Positions 13,300 to 25,934 of a stretch of 64,000 nt of DNA are shown here, one piece after another. The notes under the pieces were generated by a model that was not told the DNA's origin, did not search any database, and worked only from the letters and a program-made list of their open reading frames with translations. The position numbers and the translations under genes were made by a program. Position 1 is the first letter of the stretch. Each line of letters opens with the position of its first letter. The DNA comes from Octopus sinensis (lineage: Eukaryota), in contig NC_043019.1 in NCBI RefSeq assembly GCF_006345805.1, positions 23,187,360-23,251,359 on the forward strand, in the 5' to 3' direction.

Positions 13300-14480
13300 T
13301 GCTATTGGTTTTACTTGACTCAACAGGTGTTACTCAAGCATATCATATCCCATGATGCATCAGGGGTACTCTTAACTGGGATGGACATGCATGGCTGTGA
13401 TCTTACTTTAGTTGCTGGGTCTTCTCAAGCACAGCATATCTCCAAAGGTCTGTCATTGCTTCTGTGAGGCAGATCATACTAGCTTCATTTCTTTCAAGCC
13501 TATGCATGTCATCAGCAGTCATGGCCCATGCTTCACTGCCATGTAGCATGGCAGTTCACACACATGCATCATACAGTCTACCTTTCATCTCGAGTGAGAG
13601 GCCCTTAGTTGCCAACAGAGGTAGGAGCTCCCTGAACTTTGCCCAGGTTATTCTTATTCTAGCTGCTACACTCTCAGAGCAACTAACCCTACTTCAAACT
13701 TGGTTGCCTAGGTAGCAGAAGCTATCAACTACTTCTGGTTTCTCTCCCTGGCATGTGATAGAATCTGTTTTCTGTACATCTTCAGTGTTTATTGCCCTTA
13801 TGCATCTGCCACACCAAAAATCTATCTTCCTGGTTAACCTTCCTTTGATATTGCTGCACCTTTTATGTGTCCATAGCTTATATCAGGTACATTATATGGA
13901 GTTTCTACCCATGCCTTTTCTACAGACCAAGCAGGACCATCTACCTGAAGGAGTTTGTGATTTGTCAGCCTTCCTACTTACTAACACTTTGGTTTTTGCT
14001 AAGTTAACCCTAAGGCTCTTTGATTCTAGACCTTACTTCCACACCCTGAACTTTGTCTCTAGTTCTGGCAGTGACTCGGCTATTAGAGCAAAATAATCAG
14101 TATAGAGAAGCTCCCAAGGGCAGTCTATCTTGAATTCCTCTGTTATTGCCTGGAGAACTATAATAAATAAGAGGGGGCTGAGGACTGATCCTCAGGGAAC
14201 CCTTACTTCTACTTGGAATTTTTCACTATACTCATTGCCAACCCTCACCTTACTGACAGCATCTTTGTACAGGGCTGGTACAGCTCTCACCAACCACTTG
14301 TCTTTCCCCAGTTTCCACACTGACCACCAGATGAGGGATTGAAGGACCCTGTCAAAGGCTTTCTTCATGTCAACAAAAGCCAAGTACAGAGGTTTGCTTC
14401 CACCACTCTTGTATCTTACAAGGTAACCATGTATCTCCACTAGGGCAAGAACCTGCTCCTGTCCACTTCTTTCATAGTTT
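13300..14480 (-). mobile_element. RTE-clade LINE RT fragment, degenerate
   Basis: LYLAFVDMKKAFDRV, QGSVLSPLLFIIVL, VVDSFCYLG and MLHGSEAW motifs with stops and frameshifts. Confidence 0.88.
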
Positions 14481-14818
14481 AACCTTTTGGCACCTGGCAT
14501 AAAGACACCTCTCTGTCTGCTGCAGGTTCACTCAATAGAAAAAGCCTGTTACAAATACATACATATATATATAGATCAAGACTAAAACCCCATCACTCCA
14601 ATCTATGAGGACCGTTATCTTGCATGCTATATGGTCATCTCACTAGTGCGGGTGTAACAAAGGAATTATCCAGCTGTAAAAACATATCAAAGTAGCCATT
14701 GGAGCATGGCATACTCCTCCAACCTGTCAGATCATGGTAAACTGTTCAAACCAGGTTAGCAAAGAAGTCAAATATTAAAAGATGATAATGTTGAGGATGA
14801 TTTCAATGATTTACTTAC

Positions 14819-14901
14819 TAAAAGCAGTAAGCATACAGTTCTTTGAAGTCTGTTGGATTGGTCTTGAAAGTGTTTGAAAATTCTATTTGCCACTTCCAAG
14901 C
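14819..14901 (-). CDS. Patched-related gene exon 6 (AWKWQIEFSNTFKTNPTDFKELYAYCF-Y)
   Basis: Acceptor tttcaccttttag|GCT, donor TA|GTAAGT, 83 nt. Matches the W(E/Q)..F motif. Phase 0 in, 2 out. Confidence 0.85.
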
Positions 14902-14912
14902 CTAAAAGGTGA

Positions 14913-14952
<40 letters not shown>

Positions 14953-15179
14953 TAATAATAATAATGACAACATCAATTATAAAACTCACTCAGATAGCAA
15001 ATGTAGAATCTCCAGGAAAGAAAATGAGTAATTGCAGTAAGCTAGCATAAAAAGAGTATAGGTTTAGACATGACTGTGTGGATAAAAGAGTGCATTGGGA
15101 TGTTAGCCAAGTGTGCGGCTTTGAAATAACAGGAAAATAGTAAGAGCACAAACCAGAGACTGTGACAGAGAATGAGAAT

Positions 15180-15545
15180 AACAAGATCTTATGGGACTAA
15201 TCCATAAAGACTGACCATACTATTGAAGCAAAGAAGACCAGATTTAATTATAGAGGACAAAGAAAACAATGCAAGATCATAAAGTTTGCAATTCATTATG
15301 ATAAGTGAGTTGATAACAAAAAAATTTTTGAAAAAAGAATAGAAATATCAAGATCTAGCTGAAGAGCTGAAGAAACTGTGGAAAACTTAGAACAATTATT
15401 TCTGTGGCAATTGGTGTGCTTGGTACACCAACCAAAATGCTACCTAAAAGAGCAAAGATATTAAAATTGAAAACCACATTGTTAACCTGCAGCAAAGTAC
15501 CATCCTATATTCTGTGAGAATCCTAAGAAAGATTCTTGAGATTTG
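15180..15545 (+). mobile_element. Restriction-like-endonuclease (R4/Dong-like) LINE 3' end, degenerate
   Basis: LWD..I.TD...RPD, KYQDLAEELK.LW, IG.LG and RILRK motifs, frameshifted. Confidence 0.7.
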
Positions 15546-16254
15546 AGGAGATTTATTTTATTTTTATATATATATATCACCTTCAAAAAAGTAATAATAA
15601 ATTCTAATTGATTTTAGGGTGAGGGGTTAGGCAATTACATTGACCCCAGTGCTCAACTTGTACTTATTTTATTGACCCCGAAAGGATGAAATGCAAAGGT
15701 GACCGCGGTAGAACTTGAGCTCAGAACACGAAGACAAATGAAATGCCACTAAGCATTTTGTCTGGTGTACTAATGATTCTTCCAGCTTCCCGCTTCAATA
15801 ATAATAATAATAATACTGATGAGGATAATGATGATAATAATGATAAATAATGATAACAACAATAATAACAGTTTCTGGTATTTTACTTTATCAAGTGCAG
15901 AGGGATAAAAGGCAATTCTTGACTTTGGCAAGAATTGAACTTATACAATGATAATTAGTAGAATAATTTTCATGGAATCTGTCCATCTGTAACAGAACTT
16001 CCAGTTTCATTCGCAACTCTGGACAGCTTCATTGGAGACTACAAAGCTGTGCCCAGCAGGAAGTGATACAGCAGGTGTTTTGATTGCATTTGCACACTGG
16101 AATTCATCCCCACATCTTTGAACAGAGCCTTAAGCTCAGTTCGTGTATTATATGTGATCCATATTCACCTCATCAAACAGAGTTAAAATAACCAATACAT
16201 GTGTGTGTGTGTGTGTGTGTGTGTCTGCATAAGCATGTGAATAACTCTACTTAC

Positions 16255-16357
16255 ATAATCAGAATACGGAAACTTCCATTTCATCTTTGTAACTTTGGCG
16301 CCTGTTATATAACCTGAATCATTTCTTTTAATGCTTGTAAGAAAATGATCTAAATCA
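16255..16357 (-). CDS. Patched-related gene exon 5 (DLDHFLTSIKRNDSGYITGAKVTKMKWKFPYSDY)
   Basis: Acceptor gtattctttgcag|T, donor TAT|GTAAGT, 103 nt. N.SG.I..AK motif. Phase 2 in, 0 out. Confidence 0.87.
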
Positions 16358-16559
16358 CTGCAAAGAATACAACACAGTATTTAAGATAAATAATAATAAT
16401 AATCATAATAATAAAAACACAAAAAAGAAACATGGAAGGAGAGAGAGAGAGACAGAGAGAGAGAGATAGAGCCAGGGAGAGAGAGAGAGAGATAGTATAC
16501 AATCAGTTTGCAAGAGATACAAACACCAAGACAGATACAGAAGACCAGTAGCTATGGAT

Positions 16560-17263
16560 GAGGAGGAGTAACCTGAAGATAGACAGAAGAACTTATATAC
16601 ACAGCACAAGAACAAGCATTAAGGACTAACTATGTGAAGTGCAGAATCAACAACACTACTGGCAGCGACAAATACAGAATATGTGGTAAGCGTGGTGAAA
16701 TGGTATGACACATCATTAGCGAATGCCCAAAATTGGCACAGCATGAATACAAAAGATGACATGACAATGTGGCAAGAATGGTCTATTGGGAGTTCTGTCA
16801 AAACCACAGTCTAAAAAGAGCAAAGATGTGGAATGAGAAAACCCCAGAAGGAGTCACTAAGAATTAAAGTTGTAAAACCCTGTGGGATGTAATGATTCAG
16901 TGTGATTACCTGATCAGACATCGGAAACTGGACATTGTTGTGGTAAAAAAAACAAAAAAAAACAAAAAAGAAAAAAAAAAGGAAAGAACATACATGATAA
17001 TCGACATAGCATGTCCTGGTGACAACAAGATCAAAGAGAAAGAACGAAAAACTGAAGAATGACAATGATCTGAAGTGGGGAAATATGAAGGTTGTGGTCA
17101 CTGAGGGGAGTAGACATGGTACCAATAGTAATTGGTGCACTTGGAAGTATCATCACCCAACTATCAACATGGTTCAAAAGGATTGGTACAAATGTAAAGG
17201 TAGAACGCCTAAAGAAATCAGCATTGCTTGGAACTGCAAGAATTCTTCGCAGGGTTCTTGAAG
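16560..17263 (+). mobile_element. R4/Dong-like LINE 3' end (CCHC knuckle + PD-D/ExK endonuclease)
   Basis: AQEQALRTNYVKCRI, HIISECPKLAQ.EYK..HDNVAR, LWD..IQCD, IIDIACPGD, VPIVIGALG and ALLGTARILRRVLEV* motifs. Confidence 0.82.
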
Positions 17264-17804
17264 TGTGATCAGTAAACAAGAGTCACCTTAGTCTGCTGGC
17301 TGTGAACAGCTGATACTTTCCATCATAGGCCAAGGTCACAACAGTCTGCCTGGCCTAGGAATTGAATCTGCAATCAAGCAATCATGAGTGCAACACCCTA
17401 GCCATTATGCTACTTGCCTATTTATATAATCACTTCACCCTGTAAAAGGCTTTGAAACCTTCTCCCCCATTCTTTCGTAGCTAAACAGACCATACTGGTT
17501 TTAAATCAACTCCACCTATCTCCCTTTTGTTGCTGCTGCTGCTGTGGTTGTTATTTGCTTTAGTACCTCTCCCCCTTTCTGATCTGTTCAATTTTCACTT
17601 GTCTGACCAGAGACTAATATGACCATGAACTGGTTTTCTCTTTCAAAGACTACTATATATCTATCTATATATTAGCTGTTTTTCTTTTTACTTTTGTTTA
17701 TATAATCTTGCCTTTATATAGTTAGGGTAAATCCCAGCTGTTTCCTCTTGAAGCACATCCGCTTGTTCCATTATTGTAATCCAATATGTGGCCACAGAAG
17801 CTGT

Positions 17805-18225
17805 TGTCATCATCATCATCATCATCATTTAGCGTCCGTTCTCCATGCTAGCATGGGTTGGACGGTTCAACTGGGGTCTGTGAAGCTGGAAAGCTGCATC
17901 AGGCCCAGTCAGATCTGGCAGTGTTTCTACGGCTGGATGCCCTTCCTAACGCCAACCACTCCGTGAGTGTAGTGGGTGCTTTTTACGTGCCACCCGCACA
18001 GGTGCCAGACAGAGCTGGCAAACGGCCACGAACGGATGGTGGTTTTACGTGTCACCGGCATGGGGCCAGGCGAGGCTGGCAACGGACACGAACGGATGGT
18101 GCTTTTACGTGCCACCAACACGGGGGCCAGACAGAGCTGGCAAACGGCCACGAAACGGATGGTGCTTTTACGTGTCACCGGCACGGGGGCCAGGCGAGGC
18201 TGGCAATGGACACGAACGGATGGTG
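17805..18225 (-). mobile_element. Short non-autonomous retroelement with (GAT)n tail and internal ~60-bp tandem repeats
   Basis: catcatcat-ttagcgtccg...gatgcccttcctaacgccaaccactcc, plus 4 copies of gtgccacc..ggccag..ggctggcaa..cggatggtg. Relatives at 21540, 35885, 40330, 43175, 43395, 44900 and 58450. Confidence 0.75.
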
Positions 18226-18313
18226 AATACATATTAAAATGCGAATTAAGGAAATAATAGCAGAATTATTGTATAACAAAACAGAAAAGCGGAAATTTTT
18301 TTGCTACTATTTA

Positions 18314-18415
18314 TTCTCCATTACACATGTTTCGTTTATTAACAGGAACTACAAAGTTTTACATGTTAGATAAACATGTAAGGAATTTCCTATTTGAAAT
18401 TCGTCAGACAGAGAA
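18314..18415 (-). ncRNA. Type I hammerhead ribozyme motif, canonical core, long helix II
   Basis: TTCTCTGT-CTGACGA-[ATTT..AGGAA..TTACATGT/ACATGTAA..TTCCT..AAAC]-GAAA-C(ATGT)GTA^ATGGAGAA. 8-bp stem I with 2 GU pairs. First helix II pair is A.C. Confidence 0.7.
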
Positions 18416-18869
18416 AAATTATAACACAAATTTTACATTTGGATGAAGTGCTTGTGTTTAGATAGTAAGCTTCATCCTGTAATCCTGTAAAGTCCCTCAA
18501 ACACATTTCCTATACTCTCCCCTCTTTTACCCTGGACCCCGTTCATCTTCGCCCATCCACCGCAAGAAGCTTCTGGTAGGCCAATCAAATAGTTTGTAAG
18601 CTCATTAAAATAATGTGGCTGAGGAGTTTTGGAAATGAGGTATCAAAATACCTCACTGTGTCCACAAATATGACTGGTTGGTCAAGTTAACTCTTTACAT
18701 TCCAGACACAGCAAACCAAACCCAATCCCCTCAACCATACAGAGCTCTGCCTCCCCAACATCACCACCACTATAAGGTAGCAGCAGCAAAACCAGCAGAC
18801 TGAAAACTGCCAGTCCATTTTCTATGCGTACAGAAAGTACAGAAAGAAAATACACTAAAAACAAGTTTT

Positions 18870-19340
18870 ATATACTGGAAACCAGAAATGGTAGTCATGG
18901 GTAGGTTGGTATGGTAAACTAGCCAATTCTACTATATGGCTCAGAAACCTGGACGCTATCAAAGAAGCTTGAGAGGCGGTTGGATGGAACCTACACTCGC
19001 CTCCTTATGAGAGCTCAAAATCTCTCGTGGAAGCACCATCCAACCAAAATGCAAATATATGGGAAACTACCACCTGTGTCATCTCTTGTGAAAGGTAGGA
19101 GAGTCCAGTTTGCTGGACATTGTTGTAGAGCTGAAAACAAGGCAATTTCTACTCTTCTCCTCTGGAAGCCATCTACTCGCAATACCAGAGGGCGCACACT
19201 CTCCTACCCTGATGTAATCTCCAGGGATACAGGCATCCAGCAACAGGACCTCCGTAAAGCCACGATGGACCGTGAAGTCTGGCGTAGCATGGTAAATTCC
19301 ATTGTCTTGACCACGGTCGAACAATGATGATGATGATGAT
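18870..19340 (+). mobile_element. RTE-like LINE 3' end with (ATG)n tail
   Basis: DGTYTRLLMRAQNLSWKHHPT...RRVQFAGHC.R...DREVWRSMV, then a gatgatgat tail. Confidence 0.8.
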
Positions 19341-19362
19341 GGTAAAATAAATCTCCACTTAC

Positions 19363-19479
19363 TTGTGTTTGTGGTCATAGTCATTGACAGCTTCTAAGAT
19401 CTGGTCGCGGGTTTGTTTCTTTATTAATGGCTCAGAGTAATTCCAAAACTGAAGTAAGGATTCAGCCCGACAAAGTCCC
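19363..19479 (-). CDS. Patched-related gene exon 4 (GLCRAESLLQFWNYSEPLIKKQTRDQILEAVNDYDHKH)
   Basis: Acceptor ttcttttccaatag|G, donor AA|GTAAGT, 117 nt. C...S.L..W.Y...IL..VN pattern of the Ptr luminal loop. Confidence 0.88.
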
Positions 19480-19639
19480 CTATTGGAAAAGAAGAAATTT
19501 ATTAGGTTTAACACACCTGTCCTCCACAGCAGAAATGTTAAGGTCACTCCCTCTGGTGAAGAGGACTGGCCTACAAGAGTCTTGTGCTGGTGCCACATTA
19601 AAAGCACTCATGCTGGTGCCATGTAAAAGCATCCATGTA

Positions 19640-20235
19640 AATTGGTTCCCTCCACATAGACGTCGGCACTTCTCTACACAGTTGCCCTCATCCATAAGCA
19701 TCACATGACCATACCAGTGCAGTCACCTCTCTTGCACACCACATCTGATGCCTCTTATGCCTAACTTTTCTCTCAAGACGCTTACACTCTTTCGAACATG
19801 CACACTGACTTCATTTCTTTCAAGCTTACACATGTCCTCAGCTGTCACAGCCCATGCTTCACTACCATGCAGCATAGCTGTTCACACATATGCATCAAGC
19901 AATCTGCTTTTCACTCTGAGAGAGAAGCTCTTTGTTGCCAGCATGGGGAGGAGCTCTCTGAACTTTGCCCAGCCTAATCATATTCTCAGAGCTACACTCT
20001 TGGAGCATTCACCTCTACTACTAACTTGGTGTCCTAGATAACAGAAGCTATCTACTACCTCTAGCTTTTCCCCCTGGCAGTTGATGGAGTCTATTTTCTG
20101 TACGTTTTCAGTGTTTATTGTACCTGTGGATCTTCCATGTACAAAAGCTATTTTCCCTGTCAAACTTCCTCTGATATTGCTACACCTTTTATATGTCCAA
20201 AGCTTACACTGGGTGCATCTTATGGAGTTTCTACC
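19640..20235 (-). mobile_element. RTE-clade LINE fragment (same family as 13.3-14.5 kb)
   Basis: GEKLEVVDSFCYLGHQVS and shared nucleotide blocks with 13470-13900. Confidence 0.8.
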
Positions 20236-20516
20236 TATGCCTTTTCAAAAGTATTTTGTCCGGCTTCCCACTTACTAAGACTTATCCAAATAGTTTGGTA
20301 AATAAGCAACTTTATTATATTTTATTTAGTAAATTATTATGGATTTGAACAAACTGGGTTTCGTAACTTTAATAATATCTGGAAAAAAAGGGGCTAAGCA
20401 ATCAAGCAAGCAAACAAATATGGTAAAACTGAAGCAACTAATTTTTTGGTGATATGTTGGAAGTTGGTGGGAGATAATGGTAGTGGAGAACAACAGCAAC
20501 AAGAAGATCAACTTAC

Positions 20517-20587
20517 CATCTACAGTACTCTCTTAAATGCATGTTTGTTGAATTTAAGTCCAAGACCATCTCATGAAGCTGATACAT
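20517..20587 (-). CDS. Patched-related gene exon 3 (MYQLHEMVLDLNSTNMHLREYCR-W)
   Basis: Acceptor tcctttacag|ATG, donor TG|GTAAGT, 71 nt. Phase 0 in and 2 out bridges exons 2 and 4 exactly. Not in the ORF track. Confidence 0.85.
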
Positions 20588-22937
20588 CTGTAAAGGACAG
20601 TGAGAGAGAGAGAGAGGGAGTAAGTGTTAATGGTTGAGAGAGAGAGAGGGTTAACTAGATTCAAGACATCTTCATCATTGTTTTAACATCTGCTTTGGTA
20701 TGCTTGTATGGGTCAGACGAAAGTATGTTGGGGCATTGGGACAGAATTCACAACAGTCAGATGCCCTTCCAATTGTCAACTATCACTTGGTTCCAGGCAA
20801 CAAAGAGCCTGGACATAGTTTAAGCAGAGAACTGGAAATCTAGTGTCACATGGGCCAATGAAGGAGGTTGTTCATTCTGTCCCATACAACAGCCAAATCT
20901 CTCTCACACCACACTCTGTTATCTTAGTACAAGAAAGACACATTAGAAAATGTTTATTTGCTTCTATCTGTCACTGTTCATCTTTCTCTATAAAGCTGAT
21001 TCCTTTTCATAAGCTTTACAACAAACCTGATGGGACAGATCTGTGAAGATGCCATCACTTAAACATCCAAGGTGTGTTTCTCTATAATTTTAATGAAAGG
21101 ATTTTTCTGCCAACATCATAACTCAACCTGCTAAAAATTTCAGTAGCTGTTTATGAAAATCATCCTAACTTGAGAAAAAAAATGTTGAGGTTCAAATTGA
21201 GCCTACATATGTTTTTGGTTGCAATTCACTTTGCATGTATGTATATAGGGTTGACAAAAGGCCTCTTCTTAAGTTGAAAGGTAGATTGTGTGATGCCTGT
21301 ATATAAACAGCAATGCAACATGCTTGTGAAACTTGGACTGTGAATAAAGAGGACAGCGAGGGCTTGAAAAAATGCAGAGGACCTTCATAACTTGTCCTAG
21401 CATGCTTCGATGGAGGTGCAAATGTGTCGAGAGTAAACGTGAGTATAAGAGACATTAGATATAACATGCAGGGAAAATACAACATTGGTATCATAATGTA
21501 TTGCTTGAGGAGACCTGTTGAGTCAAGTACATGAACATGAACGTCGAAATAAATATCAATGGAAATAGTAGTAATGATGCCTGTGCCGGTGGCACATAAA
21601 AAGCACTATCCGAACATGGCCAATGCCAGCGCCGCCCCATCCGAACGTTGCCAGCGCTGCCTTAGCTGGCTTCCGTGCCGCTAGCATGTTAAAAGCTCGA
21701 ACTGATCGTGACCGATGCCAGACCCCCCCCCCCCCCCCGGCACCTGTGCAGGTGGCACGTAAAAAGCACCCACTACACTCACGGAGTGGTTGGCGTTAGG
21801 AAGGGCATCCAGCCGTAGAAACTCTGCCAGATTCAGACTGGAGCCTGGAGCAGCCCCTGGCTTCCCAGACCCCGGTCGAACCGTCCAACCCGTGCTAGCG
21901 CGGAAAACGGACGTTAAACGATGATGATGATGATGATGAAGTGCTGATCACTAAACATAAGAAGAGCCTATAGAAATAGGAGGCCCAGGATTTGTGAGAT
22001 GAACTAGTGAACAATGACCTCAGATTGTTGAACTTCTTGCAGAAGATGACAGAGGACTGAGCTGAATTGAGATATGCCATGCTTGAGAAGATACCCACCC
22101 TGCTCATCGTATCCCACCTACTACTGCTGCTTATCACCTCCTCCTCCCTGACCTATTCTTATTTCCTGTCCTTCACTTCCCCTCCTCCAAACTGATATTT
22201 AGTGTTCAACTCAATCCTCATCTCTTACCATCAGTCACATTAGTTTCACTTGAGCACGCTTATCCCTCCCCCCACCTCTTCTCTTCCTCTGTTCTATTTC
22301 TCTCATATATTCACTTTGCACCTTGACCTCATCTCTTTCTCTCTATTTCTCTCCCTCTCTTTCCAGAAAGGGAAGCCATGTATTCACTGTTTTTGCCCAG
22401 ATATTATACCCAACTCATTTGAGGGAGGGAGAGGGGGGGTGGCAGGGAGGCTTGTCTTGCAGATACTTCGTGACTTCACCACTACTGGTGCCACAAACAA
22501 AAAAAGCATCTAGTAGAGTCCGAGAAGTGGTTGGCATTAAGAAGGGTATTCAGCTATAGAAACCATGCCCAAGCAGACACTGAAACCTGGTGCAGTCCTT
22601 TGGTTCATCAGTTTCTGTCGAGCAAGCCAACCCATGCTAGCATGGAAAAAAGGAACATTAAATGATGGCAATGATGAAAGTAATGATGATGATGATGGTG
22701 GTGGTGGTGGTATGTGTGTGTTTTTGCAAGAAGCAATGTTGACACCAAAGACATGTAGCCTAGTGGTCAGGATGTTCAGCTCACAATTGCAGTATCATGA
22801 GTTCAATTCCTGGAAAAGTCAGTGCTTTGTGTCATGACAGACCTATGCTCACTCAGAGCCAACCAGGGGTTGAAGAACAATAACAAACAAAGAGTAAGTT
22901 AGTGATGACATTTCTGCCAAACAAGATCTAATCTTAC

Positions 22938-23205
22938 CTTGAGCAGGCTCTGTGGGGACAATAACTCATCGTCTATGACAATGATTCTTACTTCATCGGA
23001 CTGTAGATTATCAGCCCTATATTCCTGTAGTTGGTTCCATTTTCTTATCCAAAAAGTATCTGTGCTAAACGACAACTCAGACTTTGGTATCCACTCTTGT
23101 CTCTTCTCACTCTCCTTCCGAAGCAACATGCCAAAGGACAAAAAAGTAAGCAATAAACCACTTATGATAAATACGTATGGCTTTCTGCCAGCGAAACAAC
23201 CAAGT
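22938..23205 (-). CDS. Patched-related gene exon 2 (LGCFAGRKPYVFIISGLLLTF...SPQSLLK; TM1)
   Basis: Acceptor ttttctgttccag|A, donor AAG|GTAAGA, 268 nt. LG..GR.P..F and W.P motifs are typical of Ptr/PTCHD N-termini. Confidence 0.92.
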
Positions 23206-25616
23206 CTGGAACAGAAAAAGAAAAGAGAAAAGAACAAGGAAATATAAAGAAACTAGTTTGAATAGCAGAGACAAAAAGAGAAAGAGATAGAGAGAGACAG
23301 GGAGAGAAAGAGAGAGGTAAAGGGAGGAAGAGGAGGGAGCTGCCCCAGAACTTGGCTAGTAAGCAAAGTGGGAATGAAGTACATTGCTCAAAAACACAAC
23401 AGGTGTTCCTGGTTCAGGATTGAAAGTTACCACATCCCTATGTTGGTGAGCCCAATGTAACTTGTTCCTTGATTACATGCTTTCACTTTGTAATATACCT
23501 TATCTTTGAAGCCACTGTTGACTAGAGCATTGTCAAAGTAGGAGTGGCTGTGTGGTAAGTAGCTTGCTTACGAACCACATGGTTCCGGGTTCAGTCCCAC
23601 TGCGTGGCACCTTGGGCAAGTGTCTTCTGCTATAGCCTTGGGCCGACCAAAGCCTTGTGAGTGGATTTGGTGGACAGAAACTGAAAGAAGCCTGTCGTAT
23701 ATATGTAGATATATATGTGTATGTTTGTGTGTTGTGTTTGCCCCTCTCCCCCAACATCGCTTGACAACCGATGCTGGTGTGTTTACGTCCCCTTAACTTA
23801 GCGGTTCGGCAAAAGAGACTGATAGAATAAGTACTAGGCTTACAAAGAATAAGTCCTGGGGTCAATTTCCTCAACTAAAGACGGTGCTCCAGCATGGCCA
23901 CAGTCAAATGACTGAAACAAGTAAATGAATGAAATGAATGAAAAAAAGGGAGGTTAGATATCCTATTATTAATGTTAGCTTTATATATGTGGGAGAGTGT
24001 CTCGTTTGGCTTATGGTACAGTTTATAAGAGTGGGAGTTTAGATCTTGGGAAACATCAAGAAAATTGACTTTCGAAAGATTAGTAGTAACAGTGATTTTG
24101 AGGCCTAATTAACTAAAAGTATCAATGAGATTTTTTTTCCTGAATTTATCAACAATGTGACCATCACAGCCATGAGATATTCCCAACCTATCATCTTGGC
24201 ATAGACCAACACCATGGTATAGACCAACACATTGGATCACAGTGCATATAATATAGAGATCCACAAGGTCACAGATGACTGCACTGTTATACTCATCAAT
24301 ACATAAAACAACTCATCTGTATCAGATATTTTAACCCATGGCAATTTTTTAAAATTTATTTATGCACCCTTTCCAAGCCTAGCCAGGCTCATGGGCCCGG
24401 TTTCCCGGTTTCTGTGGCGTATGTGTTCCCCCCAGCTGGACGGGACGCCAGTCCATCACAGCATTACTCAAGAAACAAGAAGAAAGAGCGAGAGAAAGTT
24501 GGGGCGAAAGAGTACAACAGGGGTCACCACCACCCCCTGCCGGAGCCTCGTGGAGCTTTTTATGTGTTTTCGTTCAATAAACACACACAACACCTGGTCT
24601 GGGAATTGAAACCATAAGTCCGAAGCCCTAATCACTGGGCTATTGTGCCTCCACCCATGACAAGCCTTTACTAAATAAAATATTGGATAACATCGCTTAA
24701 GTAACAGTCTGCCGTTACGTTCTGAGTTCAAATTCTGCCGAGGTCGACTTTGCCTTTCATCCTTTCGGGGTCAATAAATTAAGTACCAGTTACGCACTGG
24801 GGTCGATATAATCGACTTAATCCGTTTGTCTGTCCTTGTTTGTCCCCTCTGTGTTTAGCCCCTTGTGGGTAGTAAAGAAATATATTTACAACCATCATAT
24901 GATGCCAAGACAAAGAAACATAAAAACTCACATTATTGTACATAACAGAGACTTCTTTCAGTTTCCATCTACGAAACCTACTCAAAGGTCTTTGGCTAGC
25001 CTGGGACAATACTAGAAGACACTTGCTTAAAGTGCCACACAGCAAGCGAATAAAATGTGGCTGGGAAGAAAACTTCTTACCACTGTGGGATGACGTCAGC
25101 AGCTGGGTGAGTTGACCGGAAGTTGGGGCTGACCGGAAGGGGGCAGCCGGCAGGCGCGCGCAGACTGGTCATTTCAGCCTTTCCAACAAGGGTCATCGAG
25201 GTGTGAAGACGTCGCTAAGGTTTGGGTGCGCAGCTGCTATCTTTAGTGTTCGGGTCTGATCTGTGTTGAAGGAACCGTTACCACTGAAGGGTCTCCATCA
25301 CGAGGAAGCGAAGGTAGGTGCCTTTATATTCGAATCGCGCGCACACTACAACCACACAGTCATATCTGCACCTATACACACACACACATGCAGAATATGG
25401 GGGTTTAGTTCACTGGTGATCTAAACAAATACATATGCTGGGTAAGTGCTGTAAAGGGTTATCAGGGTTCCAAGCTCGTAACTGAGACGGGAGCTATGGA
25501 TTCATTTTAGGTTTTTGATTTAGCAGATATATATTTGTGAAAGAGAATAAACACCGAGGAATAACAAGCATCTCAAGTCATATACATTATCTTATATCAT
25601 TCTTAAATTAGATGAG

Positions 25617-25934
25617 GCCTTACAGCTGTTTCTGAGATATAGCAAGTGATCGGTGAGTATGCAGGAATATGGAGTATTCTTATTTCTTTATTGCCCACAA
25701 GGGGCTAAACATAGAGGGGACAAACAAGGACAGACAGAGGGATTAAGTTGATTAGATCGACCCCAGTGCGTAACTGGTACTTAATTTATCGACCTCGAGA
25801 GGATGAAAGGCAAAGTCGACTTCGGTGGAATTTGAACTCAGAACGTAGCGGCAGACGAAATACGGCTACGCATTTCGCCCGGCGTGCTAATGATTCTGCC
25901 AGTTCGCCATATGGAGTATTCTGTCATCAGAGAC
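25617..25934 (-). ncRNA. Hammerhead-like motif interrupted in helix II by a SINE
   Basis: GTCT-CTGATGA (25934-25924) ... GAAA-CAGCTG-TA^AGGC (25632-25617). Inserted SINE 25681-25908 is flanked by the 14-bp TSD atatggagtattct (25667-80, 25909-22). Confidence 0.55.
25681..25908 (-). mobile_element. Third tRNA-derived SINE family with 14-bp TSD
   Basis: Head ggcgaactggcagaatcattagc...gttctgagttcaaattcc. Related pieces at ~24690-24880, 31560-31690, 35020-35300, 52620-52835 and 53300-53480. Confidence 0.82.

Noticed and set aside
18682-18864. Hydrophobic ORF as a missing Patched exon
   Set aside because: The model is already in frame without it; no good splice sites or family motifs.
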